64,000 nucleotides of DNA, taken from assembly GCA_965208615.1 (NCBI GenBank), contig CBDBPB010000009.1, forward strand, positions 1 through 64,000. Direction: 5' to 3'. Positions 1-12,200 of this stretch are shown here, in pieces. Position numbers and translations under genes: made by a program. The notes under the pieces are model-generated. The model saw only the letters and a list, made by a program, of their open reading frames with translations. It had not been told where the DNA came from and ran no database searches. Source of the stretch: Spirochaetota bacterium (GTDB lineage: Bacteria; Spirochaetota; UBA6919; CBDBPB01). Position 1 is the stretch's first letter. Every line of letters begins with the position of its first letter.

Positions 1-1037
1 ATTACTATTATAAAGATTACAAAGTTACTTCTTAGAAAATTAGCAATCTCTTTTTTTCTGTATACAGCTTTATGTGCAACTGTTTTTTGTCTATACAGCA
101 ATACCCCTGTAACTTTTTTATATAACTCAACTCTATCTCAAAGAACAAACTGTCTATATCTTTTTTTCTTTTTTGTTATAAAACTTTAGCTTTAGATAAG
201 CTATATTATTTTCATCTGTCAATAAAGGAATAGATATAAAAAAGCTATCCTCATCGGTTTTGTTAATTAGGGCACTTTCTTTTTCCAGTCTGTATTGCTC
301 AAATATCTTTTTGATAAGTTTATTATCTTGATTATGAATATAAATTTTAGTATTTTATAAAAAATGTTGATATGGATATATCATTTTTATTTATATAGCC
401 ATCTTAACTAAATAGTCCTTTATATTAGACTTAACCTCTCCCAAACCTATATGTACCCCATAATGGTTTTTAATAAACTTGGAAAGAGAACTATCATTTT
501 TGAGTATGTTGCTTAGGTTATGCTTAAGCCCATCAATGAGGCTATCATAACCTATTAGCTTATTTATATAGTTAGGTGTTATATTTATACCTTTGGATTC
601 ATTAGTATAATTAGCTTTACCCACTTTTCTTTGTTATTTTTATGTTTATTTAGCATTTTATATATAGTTAATATTCCTTTTTCTATTAGTATAAGGTTTA
701 TGTTGTAAATACTTACTAATTATAAGCTCCAATAGGGGATCATTGATATATGGTTTTAGTAAGTTAAACTCAGATATTATAGCCTCTGACTTAGTTTTAT
801 TATGGTATTTCATTAGCTGTAAGTATTAATTGATTTTTATTGTCTACTACTTTAAACAAAATTCTACCCTCTATATTATTATGGTACTCAGCTCTAAACT
901 TATGCCCTTCTATTAGGATTTGATATAGATTATTAGATAGCTTTTTTTGTACTACTTCCGTATACTAACTCACCTATTTTAAAGGTTTTAGTAAGTCGTA
1001 TATTATTTATTGATATATAGTCGTTATTAATTTTCAT
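1..1037 (-). pseudogene. FliK-like (flagellar hook-length control) gene with multiple frameshifts, running off the window edge; probably intact in vivo
   Basis: ATG at 1037 (MKINNDYISINNIRLTKTFKIGELVY...). The C-terminal fragment DIDSLFFEIELSYIKKLQGYCCIDKKQLHIKLYTEKKEIANFLRSN resembles the FliK C-domain. ORF 391..624 is one piece of it. Confidence 0.4.
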
Positions 1038-1365
1038 TTTACAGATAAAGTTTAGTTTTGATTAAAGTTTAATGGTTTTAATTTATTTTCTAACATATTC
1101 TTTTGGTTAATTATTAGACTATGTCGGCACTAGAGTTAAAAATTAATATGGAATAGGTCAATTTTATAAGAAATATTTATATGGTCATATTAGTTATCTT
1201 AGTTAGCGTTTTATTTGATTAGCTATATTTAAAAACACCTTATTGACTAACAATTTGCAATATAGTACTTTATAAACTATTCTTAGCTGTTGTTTTATAT
1301 TTTTCTTTACTTTAAGGTGGGGACATATTATCTATTTTAATATTACATATATCAGGAGCGCTAAT

Positions 1366-1956
1366 ATGGTTAGATTTATAAAAGCCTTTTAGTTTGAGCT
1401 TGTTATTACTTAGTGTAGTAGGAGAGTCTTTTGCTAAGACAAATGTTTTAGCCGGTGGAAAGACAAATAACAAATATGTTATTGGGGGTAACATTATTGG
1501 GGGAACTTTGGTTTTCAGACTGAGATAGAAATGGATATTCGAATAGACGAGTCACAGAGTATTGCTCCTAGGATAGGTGGAACAGGGTTAGTTGGTATTC
1601 CCACTGCTTATTTAAGTATGAACCTTTTAGGTGCCTCGGGTATAGGTAATATATATCCTTCATTTCTTATGGGATTTTTCTTATCGTTTCTCTGTTATAG
1701 AGGGAATTAGACCTCATGGTTTTTGGGTAGGACCTTCTCTAAATATTATTTTAGGTACCTATTCAAGAATATCGGGTACTGATACTGAAAGAAAGTTTCT
1801 TGCTATGTTTACCCCCAGTGGTGAGTTTGGATGGAGAATACTTTTGATCTTAATTTATCCTTACAGGTATTAATTAGGCTTGGAGTACATATAGATACTA
1901 ACTTAACTTTTGGTTTTTATGTTGTTAGTGGTGTGGGTATTGGTTTTGCTTTTTAA
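1366..1956 (+). CDS. Outer-membrane beta-barrel protein (frameshifted, missed by the ORF track)
   Basis: AGGAG RBS, ATG at 1366, signal-peptide-like N-terminus, alternating amphipathic strands and C-terminal GFYVVSGVGIGFAF*. Several indels are needed to read through. Confidence 0.6.
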
Positions 1957-2894
1957 CACGTATTCTTGGATCTATTATGTATAAAATAGGTCGGCGATAA
2001 AGTTAAAGACTAGTGTAAGAAAGGATATAAATAAAAAGGATGCCATGGCAACATCTGCGTCTTGATTTATTATGGAATTATATAATAATAGTCCCATGCC
2101 GTGAATACCAAATTATCTTTTCTGTTATTAATGCTCCGCTAAAAAGTAAGGGCATAGACAAGGCTAATAGCGTTACAAAGGGAATTAGGGCATTCCTAAG
2201 AGCATGCTTTATAATTATTACGTCCTTAGATAACCCCTTTCCTTTTGCTGTACGTATATAGTCTGTTTAAGGACATCTAACATAGTGCCTCTAATATACC
2301 TAATCCAACGTCCTATGTCTGAGAAGCTTAATACCATTATCGCAAGATTAGATATTTGATTTGATCCAATATATGGCTTAGCCCTGGAGTACTTAACCCT
2401 TCCTGATGGGAGTATATTTAGTTTTAACGCAAAAACCTGGATCATTATTAAACCAAAAACAAATGTGGGTATAGAAAAGCCTAAAAATGCCAATAGTCCT
2501 ATTGTATAGTCGAGGTTAGAGTATTGTTTTACAGCAGTTATATTCCAAGGGGAATGGCTATCAATAAGGAAAATATTAGTACTGGAATGGTTAGTTTAAG
2601 AGTATTAAGTAAAAAAGTACCATAATACTTTTTACTTTTTTTTTATAGGTTATAGAGTAGCCCATATCACCTGTTACAGCTCTCTTAAGCCAGTATAAAT
2701 ATCTTATATGGGATGGCTTATCTATACCCTCGTTGTTTTTTAAGGCGTTCTATATCGGCAGGTTTTAGGTTAGGATTTTCAGCTTGTAGTTGCCTTATAG
2801 GATCCCCTATACCGGATACAAGCATAAATATAACAAAGGACATAACAATTAATACTATAATTATTTGCATGAGTCGGCTATATAAATAAGACAT
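1925..2894 (-). CDS. Peptide/nickel ABC transporter permease OppB/DppB-like (frameshifted)
   Basis: MSYLYSRLMQII start; FSIPTFVFGL, RYIRGTMLDVL, RTAKGKGL..KHALRNALIP and DPRIR motifs across broken frames. Confidence 0.85.
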
Positions 2895-2897
2895 TTT

Positions 2898-4572
2898 TTA
2901 ATCCTTTTTAAATTGCCATTGTTCACAATTCCATGTGATGGGAAGATCAGTACCAGTAGGACTCCAGTTTATAAAGTCTTGTCTGGTTATGGATGCCTCT
3001 TTCCTAAAATATAGGGGTAGAACGGGTAGATCATCAATCCATATTTGTTGTTGACTATGAAAAAGTTTAGTTCTTTTTTGCTTATCTATGGTTAGGGGGA
3101 TTAGCTTATGAATACGGTCTATTTCTTGATTTTTGTATCCTGGATAGTTTTGTCCAAACCAATTGTTATTTTTACTTGGAATATAATTGCTAGACCACAT
3201 CTCTAGTCCATGAGAAATGGGAGAAAATATCCACGCATACATAGCAAGTTTAAATTGTCGTTTTGGTGTAGTCTCTCCAAAATAGATTACCGCATTCTGA
3301 TTTTTATTTATGATAAGGTCTATGCCAATAGCTTTAAGATTTTCTTTAATGGCAACTTGTACTCTTTCTCTAATCTTGTTCCCAGCAGTAGTTAGGAGGG
3401 TTAATTTTAGTGCTTGTCCATTTTTTATTTATTCTAATACCGTTTTTATTTAATTTAGTCCATCCGGCTTTGATAAGGAGATCAACAGCTTTTTTAGGGT
3501 TATACTCATACTTTTTAATTTTGGGGTAATATCCGGGGTGTTTTGGAGGTAGCCAACTATGGGCAACCTTAAGCTGATTATCAAAAAAGTATTTAACAAT
3601 ATCACCGCGGTTTATGCCGTATAGTAATGCCTTTCTGACATTTTTACTTTTTAGTATGGGTTTATCCATGTTAATATCAATATGCTCCCAGATTATCCCA
3701 TTTACCGTGTGTATTTTAAACTTTTTACCATAGACTTTTTTAAAATCAATGATCTGATCAAAGCCTATGCCTATTGGTGATATGGCATCAACGTTTTTAG
3801 AGATCATAGCTATAATCATAGCGTTGGTATCGGATATAAACCTATAGAATATGTTATTAAAGTATGGTTTTTGTCCTATTTTATTAGAGAAGTTATTATT
3901 ACGCTCCAAGAGGATATAATTACCCAATTTCCACTCCTTAAGTTTGTATGGGCCATTACCAATGGGACTCTTATTAAAGTTACTAATGTGAAGTTTTTCG
4001 GGTTTAGTTTTAAACTCATTTTTTAATATATGTTTTGGTATAATTGGATGTCCTTGGTAATAGTAGGCATAAGTCTCTTTCCATACAACTATTAGGTTAT
4101 ATGGATTATTGGGATCCTTTTTCATAGTGATAATGCGTTTTTCAACATCTCTGGTCTCCACCTGGACTTTGGAATGCATTTTAACTTTCCATGTAAAAAT
4201 AACATCATCAGGAGTTAGAGGTTGTCCATCTTGCCATAGGAGGTCAGTTTTGAATCTCCATGTAATTTTCATCTGTTTTGTATTTGGGTATACTTTAACC
4301 AGTCCATTTTCTTTAGTTGGTATTTCCTTAACCAAAATGGGAATAGGAGTACCATCAGGATTTATTCTAACCATGGGTCTAAAAATAGCGTTTTCTATTT
4401 CGGCAGAAGCAGACATAGAGCCAAATATGGGGGATAGCTCAGCAGGCTCTTGTTGCATCACAATTCTAACCTGCTTATCAAGGTCAGGCGGGATATACAA
4501 AATAGACATAACTATAAGAGTTAATATACCTATATAAACAGCTGTCAAGGCAATAAGCCAGTTTTTTAGCAT
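2898..4572 (-). CDS. Peptide ABC transporter substrate-binding protein OppA/DppA family (split by one frameshift near 3420)
   Basis: WQDGQPLTPDDVIFTW, PIGNGPYKL and VRKALLYGINR motifs; the C-terminal part is ORF 2898..3242 (DDLPVLPLY). Confidence 0.88.
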
Positions 4573-4610
4573 ATATATACCGATTAGTAATTAATATAGC
4601 TTATATTGAT

Positions 4611-5675
4611 TTATTGTATCCCGATTAGTTTTTTTATATCTTTTAGTAATGATGGTTCGTCATTACTTTTTTTAAAGTCATTTTCGTTAAAGTTGTCATT
4701 TTCATCGTCGGACTTTTTTATATAGTTGCCTTGTATTATTTTTAAAAACTCACCGTCATAAGCCCAATCTTTTAGGTGTCCAACACGCCATACAGGAAAT
4801 GGATGACTAACATTAGAACTCTGAAGAGAAATAAATATATTATTAAATAAGTTTTCTTCTTTTTCTTTCTTAGCCTCATCAGCCTGCTTTAGAAACTCAT
4901 CAATATTAAGGAGGTCCAATATCTTTTGTGATCCGCTGGATAACTTCATAGTGGTCTTCACCGAAGAGTTAAAACTTTTAATAACAATTAGTTCACCCCT
5001 ATCAGCACTTAGTTCAGAACATCTATCCCAATACAAAAGAGCCTGTATTATCCCCATTAATGCCATACTACCAAGCCCACCACCTATTATTTTGCCAACA
5101 ACAGTCCATATTACCTTAGCAATAGTTTTATAAATCACATGATTACAGTGTATGTGAGCGAGCTCATGAGCAATTACTCCCATTAACTCCTCTTCGGATA
5201 AAAGATCAATCAAGCTAGTGGATATCCCTATATACGGAAAGTCAACTCCAGTGGTAAAAGCATTTGGCATAGGGTCTTGATAGATGTATACCTCAGGGAT
5301 TTGTTTAATATCCAATATTTTTGCTCCGTGGCTAACAAGGTCGTATATATATCCAAGATGATTTTTACTAACTTTAATAAAGTTTTGTAACAAAAATAGC
5401 CTATAATACTTTTCAACGCTCTCTTTTAGTATGGACTTAAGTACTGTACCACTACCAGGTATCTTTTTTAGAGCTTCAAGGGCTTTTCTATCAAGAGGAT
5501 GTTCATAACTTTTTGAGGATATATCATAAAAGCACTCATCTTTGGTAAAAAAGAGATGTTTTCTACATTTACCACATATCGTACTATTAACGCTTTTAAC
5601 TGCCTTACCTTTTAGAAGACGGTTTTGTGTATTACAATGCCTACAGTCTATATAGATAAATTCTTCTGCATTCAT
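4611..5675 (-). CDS. M48 family zinc metalloprotease with N-terminal zinc ribbon
   Basis: PNAFTTG, GVIAHELAH (HEXXH), ELSADR and SHP motifs; N-terminal CxxC..NR..CxxC. Confidence 0.88.
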   Translation of the reverse strand: MNAEEFIYIDCRHCNTQNRLLKGKAVKSVNSTICGKCRKHLFFTKDECFYDISSKSYEHPLDRKALEALKKIPGSGTVLKSILKESVEKYYRLFLLQNFIKVSKNHLGYIYDLVSHGAKILDIKQIPEVYIYQDPMPNAFTTGVDFPYIGISTSLIDLLSEEELMGVIAHELAHIHCNHVIYKTIAKVIWTVVGKIIGGGLGSMALMGIIQALLYWDRCSELSADRGELIVIKSFNSSVKTTMKLSSGSQKILDLLNIDEFLKQADEAKKEKEENLFNNIFISLQSSNVSHPFPVWRVGHLKDWAYDGEFLKIIQGNYIKKSDDENDNFNENDFKKSNDEPSLLKDIKKLIGIQ

Positions 5676-5760
5676 AATATTTATCCCTTATGATTAAAGT
5701 TTTTATAAAAATACATAAATACCTAACAACAAATAATTATTATTATATTAAAGGTAATAT

Positions 5761-6219
5761 ATGGTTATCAGAAAAGCAAAAGTAACAGAAGCAAAAAAAA
5801 TTAAGAAGATAATAGATATATTTGTCAAACAAGGATTAATGTTACCGCGTAGTCTTGATAACATATTTTCAAACATTAGGGATTTTACCGTTACAATAAT
5901 TGATAATCAGATTATAGGGGTTGGTGCCTTAAGTATTTTTACTGAAAACTTTGCTGAGATTAGATCTATAGGGGTTTTGGATAAGTATAGGAATAATGGT
6001 GTTGGTAATATTTTAGTAAAGTCTTGCATTGCCGAAGCTAAGGAATGTAATATTTCTAACGTTTTTACTTTAACCTACATACCAGATTACTTTAAAAAAC
6101 TGGGTTTTAAAACTATACCTAAAGAAAGGCTACCCCATAAAATATGGCGGGATTGTATTAGTTGCGAACATTTTTATAACTGTACTGAAGAAGCTTTAAT
6201 TTATAAGCTTAATTATTAA
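5761..6219 (+). CDS. Short GNAT amino-acid N-acetyltransferase (N-acetylglutamate synthase-like)
   Basis: MLPRSL, AEIRSIGV..YRNNGVG, VFTLTY and LPHKIWRDC motifs. Confidence 0.8.
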   Translation: MVIRKAKVTEAKKIKKIIDIFVKQGLMLPRSLDNIFSNIRDFTVTIIDNQIIGVGALSIFTENFAEIRSIGVLDKYRNNGVGNILVKSCIAEAKECNISNVFTLTYIPDYFKKLGFKTIPKERLPHKIWRDCISCEHFYNCTEEALIYKLNY

Positions 6220-6384
6220 TATTAATCCTCCTAATTGTAAGTGTATAAACCTAATTAGCTTAAATGGGATATACATTCCTCAATAACCAAGATTGCTAAT
6301 AGACTAACTAACAAATATTGCTATACTTTTTGATCTAAATTTGTTAGATTTTTATAACCTTTCCTAATAACTAAGGAGATAATA

Positions 6385-7212
6385 GTGACTAATGAAATCC
6401 GTTTAGGGCATAGCCCAGATTCTGATGATGCATTTATGTTCTATGCCATAGCCAAAAATAAAATCGATACTAAGAACTTTAACTTTACCCACATAATTGA
6501 AGATATAGAATCCCTGAATAAAAGAGCTATGAATAATGAGCTAGAGATTACTGCTATTTCGATCCACGCCTATTCAAGAGTTTATGAAAACTATGCTCTA
6601 TTATCCTCTGGAGCAAGTATAGGAGATAATTATGGTCCTATAGTAGTCTCTAAAAAACCTATAAATTCCTCCAACATAAAAGGACTTAAAATTGCAGTAC
6701 CAGGAAAACTAACAACTGCATACTTAGCCCTAAAACTCTTTGAACAAGACTTTGAAGAAGTAATATCACCCTTTGATAAAATAATTGACCTCGTAATAAA
6801 CAATGAAGTAGATGCCGGGCTAATTATACATGAAGGACAACTACTATATGATAAACTGGGTCTATATAAAGTGATTGACCTTGGACAATGGTGGATGACT
6901 AAAGAAAACCTGCCACTACCACTAGGTGCTAATGCTGTTAGAAAGGATATGGGTAATAATATAAAAATTATTAGCACTATTCTAAAAAATAGCATTCAAT
7001 ATGCACTAAACCATAGAAAAGAAGCTCTTGATTATGCTATGACATATGCAGGTAATATGAATCGTATTTTAACCAATAGATTTATAGGAATGTATGTTAA
7101 TAACTATACCATAGACTTTGGAGAAAAAGCAAAAGCTGGAGTAGAACAACTATTAAAACAAGGCTATGAAAAAGGTATTATTAAAACTAAGGTACCAATA
7201 GAGTTTTATTAA
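6385..7212 (+). CDS. mqnD: 1,4-dihydroxy-6-naphthoate synthase (futalosine menaquinone pathway)
   Basis: GHSPDSDDAFMFY, GLIIHEGQL, DLGQWW, LPLPLG and FIGMYVN motifs; AAGGAG RBS and GTG start. Confidence 0.92.
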   Translation: MTNEIRLGHSPDSDDAFMFYAIAKNKIDTKNFNFTHIIEDIESLNKRAMNNELEITAISIHAYSRVYENYALLSSGASIGDNYGPIVVSKKPINSSNIKGLKIAVPGKLTTAYLALKLFEQDFEEVISPFDKIIDLVINNEVDAGLIIHEGQLLYDKLGLYKVIDLGQWWMTKENLPLPLGANAVRKDMGNNIKIISTILKNSIQYALNHRKEALDYAMTYAGNMNRILTNRFIGMYVNNYTIDFGEKAKAGVEQLLKQGYEKGIIKTKVPIEFY

Positions 7213-7866
7213 CTAATCAAACTTTACGGCCTTATCATTATTTATACTATTACCCATTTTAACAATATCCTTAGAAATCTCTATAGAAAGTACATTATTA
7301 GTTTCTATGATAGCAACCACACCTAATTTAGCTAAATAGTTTATGAGAGTAATAATAATCTCTTTTTTAAAGTTAGTATAGTCCATAAGCTTTTGTAATA
7401 CCTTATCAAAATTAAGGTATGTTTTAACATTTGCATTTAAGTTTTCATCTGTAATCTCACTATATAATATTCCAATAATCTTGTCTAAATAATTTTGATA
7501 TACAAGAGTTTCAATTTGCTTATCTGCATCATTAAGGCGGTTACATAAAGAAACTATAACCTTTAAACCAAAACTAGGATAATCAGACATCCATGACTGA
7601 AAAACATCAGGATGAACCTCTAAAATCTTAGAATCTTCAGCTACTACTGCTGTAGCTACCCTAGGGTTATCAGTAAATGTAGACATCTCACCAAAAAAAT
7701 CTCCATTAGTTAAGGTAGCAAGAGTTTGTACCTTATCTAATACCTTTTTGGTAATAATAACTAAACCCTCAAGTATAAAATACATTTCTTTTGAGGTATC
7801 ATTTTCATTAAATATAACAACACCTTTTTTAAATAATTTTTCATAATTTTTAAATGGTTTATTCAT
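7213..7866 (-). CDS. Crp/Fnr family cyclic-nucleotide-binding protein
   Basis: GDFFGEMS...PRVATA cNMP-binding motif; possible C-terminal winged helix. Confidence 0.85.
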   Translation of the reverse strand: MNKPFKNYEKLFKKGVVIFNENDTSKEMYFILEGLVIITKKVLDKVQTLATLTNGDFFGEMSTFTDNPRVATAVVAEDSKILEVHPDVFQSWMSDYPSFGLKVIVSLCNRLNDADKQIETLVYQNYLDKIIGILYSEITDENLNANVKTYLNFDKVLQKLMDYTNFKKEIIITLINYLAKLGVVAIIETNNVLSIEISKDIVKMGNSINNDKAVKFD

Positions 7867-7980
7867 TTAAATACCCTATACCATATTTTTAATAACTAAA
7901 ATGTAATCTAACTAAAATATAGTATATAATAATTATTAAAAAAAAACTTTATACTTAATATAAAGTACTTTATAAATATT

Positions 7981-8865
7981 TTAACTGTATAAAATGCCTT
8001 TTAGCTCATTAGGCTTAAAAACACCCTTTTCTGTAATAAATTCACTTATATATAAAGGCGGAGTTATATCAAAATAAACATTACGAATAGAAAAATCTCT
8101 TTTACCATTAAATACTTCATCGGATGACTTTTCCTCTAGCTTAATATTACCATCAACAAAAGAACGGGGAATAATCTTATCAACCTCGCTAACTACATAA
8201 AAAGGAATAGACAATGTCTTTGCTAGTACAGCTATAACAAAAGTACCAGCCTTGTTAATAAGAGTACCGTCTAAAAAAATAGAGTCTGCTCCAACCACCA
8301 CAGCATCACACTTAGACAAGAAGTGTCCACTTTGCATGTCAGTAATAAGACTGACATTATGACCCAAGCCATTAAGAGCATTAGCAAGCTTTATACCTTC
8401 GCATAAAGGACGAGACTCAGTTATAAAAATACTCCTCTTAGAAAGACTAGAAAAGACTTCGCTAAGAGTAGAACTATAACTATGAGTCAGTATAGTCTGA
8501 AAAGAAGATAATAACTTTGATGTATAATCTTTAATAAGAGCTTTTGCCTTAGATGAGTCCAATAGTATATTATTCAATAATTCAATAAGCCTAAACTTAA
8601 AATTATCAATGTCAGAAGTAACTAAATTATCTACCTCCTTTAAAAAACGATCAATTCTGCTAATAATAGGATATATACTAGGCCTTATACCCTTAATCCT
8701 ATTAGCCAAAAAAGTAATCTCTTTAGTCAACTCACTAAATGAATTTATATTAGTAGTCTCTATAAAGAACTTTAGCAGTTCTAAAGCCTCTTTAGCAAGC
8801 TGACTTGCCCCTAAATCACGATCACTCTCTAATAACTTTAATCGACTATTAATTAAGCTATCCAT
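7981..8865 (-). CDS. eIF-2B/ribose-1,5-bisphosphate isomerase-like family protein
   Basis: GASQLA, IRPS, LTHSYSST, ESRPLCEG, VVGADS, NKAGT, RNVYFDITP and ITEKG motifs. Confidence 0.85.
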   Translation of the reverse strand: MDSLINSRLKLLESDRDLGASQLAKEALELLKFFIETTNINSFSELTKEITFLANRIKGIRPSIYPIISRIDRFLKEVDNLVTSDIDNFKFRLIELLNNILLDSSKAKALIKDYTSKLLSSFQTILTHSYSSTLSEVFSSLSKRSIFITESRPLCEGIKLANALNGLGHNVSLITDMQSGHFLSKCDAVVVGADSIFLDGTLINKAGTFVIAVLAKTLSIPFYVVSEVDKIIPRSFVDGNIKLEEKSSDEVFNGKRDFSIRNVYFDITPPLYISEFITEKGVFKPNELKGILYS

Positions 8866-8870
8866 TTAAA

Positions 8871-9290
8871 TTAAGTCTCCAAAACCGTTTTTAAAGCTCT
8901 ATCTAAATCTGGTACTATATCATAATTCTTAAGTTCATAAGGTTTTATCCATCTCATCTCGTCATGCTCCCAGTCCAAGGCTATTTTAATAGAGCCTCTT
9001 AACCTAAACAAAAAAGGATGAACCCTCCAAATATGATTATCCCTAATAGAATCAGGAACATCTATATATACGCCCTCTTTAAGCAAGTCAATATCGGACT
9101 TATTAATACCAGTTTCTTCTCTAATTTCTTTGTATGCCTGTATCAAAGGAGTACTTTCCTCAAGATATCCGCTAATACCAGCCCACTTACCCCTTAAAGT
9201 ACTAACCCGCTGACTCCTCTTCAATATCAAGATATTATCATCCCTTAATAAAAAACTGGTAACAACTTCTACAACCATATATACCCACAA
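8871..9290 (-). CDS. NUDIX hydrolase
   Basis: GYLEESTPLIQAYKEIREETG Nudix box; LDWEHDEMRW. Confidence 0.88.
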   Translation of the reverse strand: MWVYMVVEVVTSFLLRDDNILILKRSQRVSTLRGKWAGISGYLEESTPLIQAYKEIREETGINKSDIDLLKEGVYIDVPDSIRDNHIWRVHPFLFRLRGSIKIALDWEHDEMRWIKPYELKNYDIVPDLDRALKTVLET

Positions 9291-9299
9291 AAATATATG

Positions 9300-12200
9300 C
9301 TAATTATTAGGATACTCGTAAAGCTCTTGTAGCGAATAGACCCCTAAATCACCTTTTACAAGACTTATAATGCCATTTACCGCTGCATTTAAACCCTGCA
9401 CAGTAGTAATAAGAGGTACGTTATGCCTAATAGCCGCCTGACGTATATATTTACCATCACTTACAGACTTATCCGTATTAGGATTGTTTATGATTAAAGA
9501 TACAGTTTTGTTAATAAGATGATCCACAAGATTAGGTCTTCCTTCATTAAGCTTATAAACAAGTTCAGCATTAATCCCGTGAGATAATAAATTATCCCTT
9601 GTACCCTTTGTAGCCAATATCTTAAACCCTAAAGCGGCTAAGGCCTTCATTGGCTCAATAATCCTATCCTTACTACTCCTGTTAACACTAATAAATACAG
9701 TACCCTTAGTGGGTAAAGAAGAACTAGAACTCATCTGAGATTTAGCAAATGCTTTTCCAAAGTCTTTATCCACACCCATAACCTCACCAGTAGACTTCAT
9801 TTCTGGTCCTAAAATAGCATCTTCTTTAGGGAACTTGCCAAAAGGTAAAATAGCCTCCTTAACAGATACATGGCCTAAACTATGAGTATTAATGTTTATA
9901 TCCTTTAACATGGTACCCAACATAACAACACTGGCAATCTTTGCCCACTCAACACCACTAGCCTTACTAACAAATGGAATAGTCCTAGAACCCCTTGGAT
10001 TAGCCTCAATAAAATATACCCTTTTATCCTTAACCGCAAATTGTATGTTAATTAATCCCTTAACTCCTAAAGCTTTAGCCATAAGAATAGTCTGTCTCTC
10101 TAACTCCTTAATAATATCATTATCAAGAGTGATAGGTGGTAAAACACATGCACTATCTCCTGAGTGTATTCCAGCCTCTTCAATATGCTCCATAATACCG
10201 CAAATAACAGCCTCAGAACCATCAGAAATGGCATCTACATCAATCTCAATAGCATCCCTTAGGAATTTATCAATCAAAATAGGAAAAGCAATGCCAAAAC
10301 TATTAATATTATCCAAATACTTATTTAAACTTTCTTCATTATAAACAATCTCCATAGCCCTCCCTCCTAACACATAAGAGGGTCTAACAACCACAGGAAA
10401 ACCTATACGCCTTGCACATAATAAAACCTCATCCATATTATAGGCAATATCATTCTCAGGCTGTAAAAAGCTAAGCCTAGCCAAAAGCTCTTTAAAGTTA
10501 TTCCTATCTTCGGCTAAGTCAATAGATTTGGTAGATGTCCCCAAAATATTAAGCCCTAAAACCTCTAAACTCTTTGCCAAGTTTAATGAAGTCTGCCCGC
10601 CAAGCTGAACAATAACTCCTATAGGCTGTTCTCTCTCATAAATATTAAAAACATCCTCTGTAGTAAGAGGCTCAAAATAAAGGCGATCTGATGTATCATA
10701 ATCAGTAGATACAGTCTCGGGATTAGAGTTAACCATTATAGTCTCATAACTATTTTCTATTAATGCAAAACTTGCCTGACAACACATATAATCAAACTCT
10801 ACACCCTGTCCTATACGATTAGGCCCACTACCTATAATCATAACCTTCTTTTTGTTGGATATAAAACCCTCGTCCTCTTCTTCGTAAGTTGAATAGTAAT
10901 AAGGAGTGTAGGACTTAAACTCCCCAGCACAAGTATCTACTAACTTATATGTAGGTAAAATATCAAAAGACTTACGAAGTTCTCTAACAGCATTATCACT
11001 ATTATTAGATAAAATGGCTATTTGCCTATCACTAAAACCAAACTGCTTTGCCTTATGCAAAAGTTCTTTATCATAGTCCGAAAGAGCTATTCTTAATTTT
11101 TTTTCAAAATCATTAATCTCTTTTAACTGATTCAAAAACCATAAATCAATATTTGTTAAATTGTTAAGCTCATCTATGTCAACCCCTAAATCAAGTGCAT
11201 CCTTTAAATAAAATATTCTTTTAGGATCAGGAAGTCTTAACTTAGATATTAAGCCCTCTATAAGCTCTTCTACCCTTGAGTCGTGTATTTTATTAAAGCT
11301 ATCAAAAAGTTCATTTTCAAAACCATCTTTACCAATCTCTAACGACCTAATAGCCTTTTGGAAAGCCTCTTTAAAAGTCCGACCAATAGCCATAACCTCT
11401 CCCACAGACTTCATCTGAACAGAAAGTGTAGTACTCGCCTTTGGAAACTTCTCAAATGCCCATCTGGGTATCTTAACTACACAATAATCAAGACTAGGCT
11501 CAAATGATGCCTTTGTCTTTTTGGTTATGTCATTAGTAAGCTCATCCAAAGTATAACCAACAGCTAATTTAGCCGCTATCTTTGCAATAGGAAAGCCAGT
11601 AGCCTTAGACGCTAATGCACTAGACCTAGATACTCTTGGGTTCATCTCAATTATAATAACTCGCCCATCAACAGGGTTAACAGCAAATTGTATGTTAGAC
11701 CCTCCAGTATCAACACCAATCTCCCTTATAACCCTAATACTATAATCCCTAAGACGCTGATACTCCTTATCAGAAAGAGTCTGTTGTGGTGCAACTGTAA
11801 TACTATCACCAGTATGAATGCCCATAGGATCAAAGTTCTCTATGGAACATATAATTACAACATTATCCTTGCAATCCCTCATAACCTCCAACTCAAACTC
11901 CTTCCACCCTAAAACAGACTCCTCAATAAGAATCTCATTAATAGGACTAAGGTCTAAACCATTTTTAGCCAACCTCTCAAACTCATCACGATTATAGGCA
12001 ATACTACCACCACTCCCACCTAACGTAAATGACGGACGTATAACCAAAGGATAATGAATATCCTCAGCTACCAATAATGCACTCTGTAAATCATTTGCCC
12101 CCTCACTACGGGGCATATCAAGACCAATCTTAGTCATAGCCTCTTTAAATAAATCACGGTTTTCGGCCTTTTCGATAGATAATAAATTAACCCCTATCAT

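Noticed and set aside
1312-1494. Short antisense or alternate-frame ORFs (also 4109, 6630, 9892, 28611, 33840, 41698, 42522, 62319 and others)
   Set aside because: Shadows of well-supported genes, with no RBS or recognisable motifs
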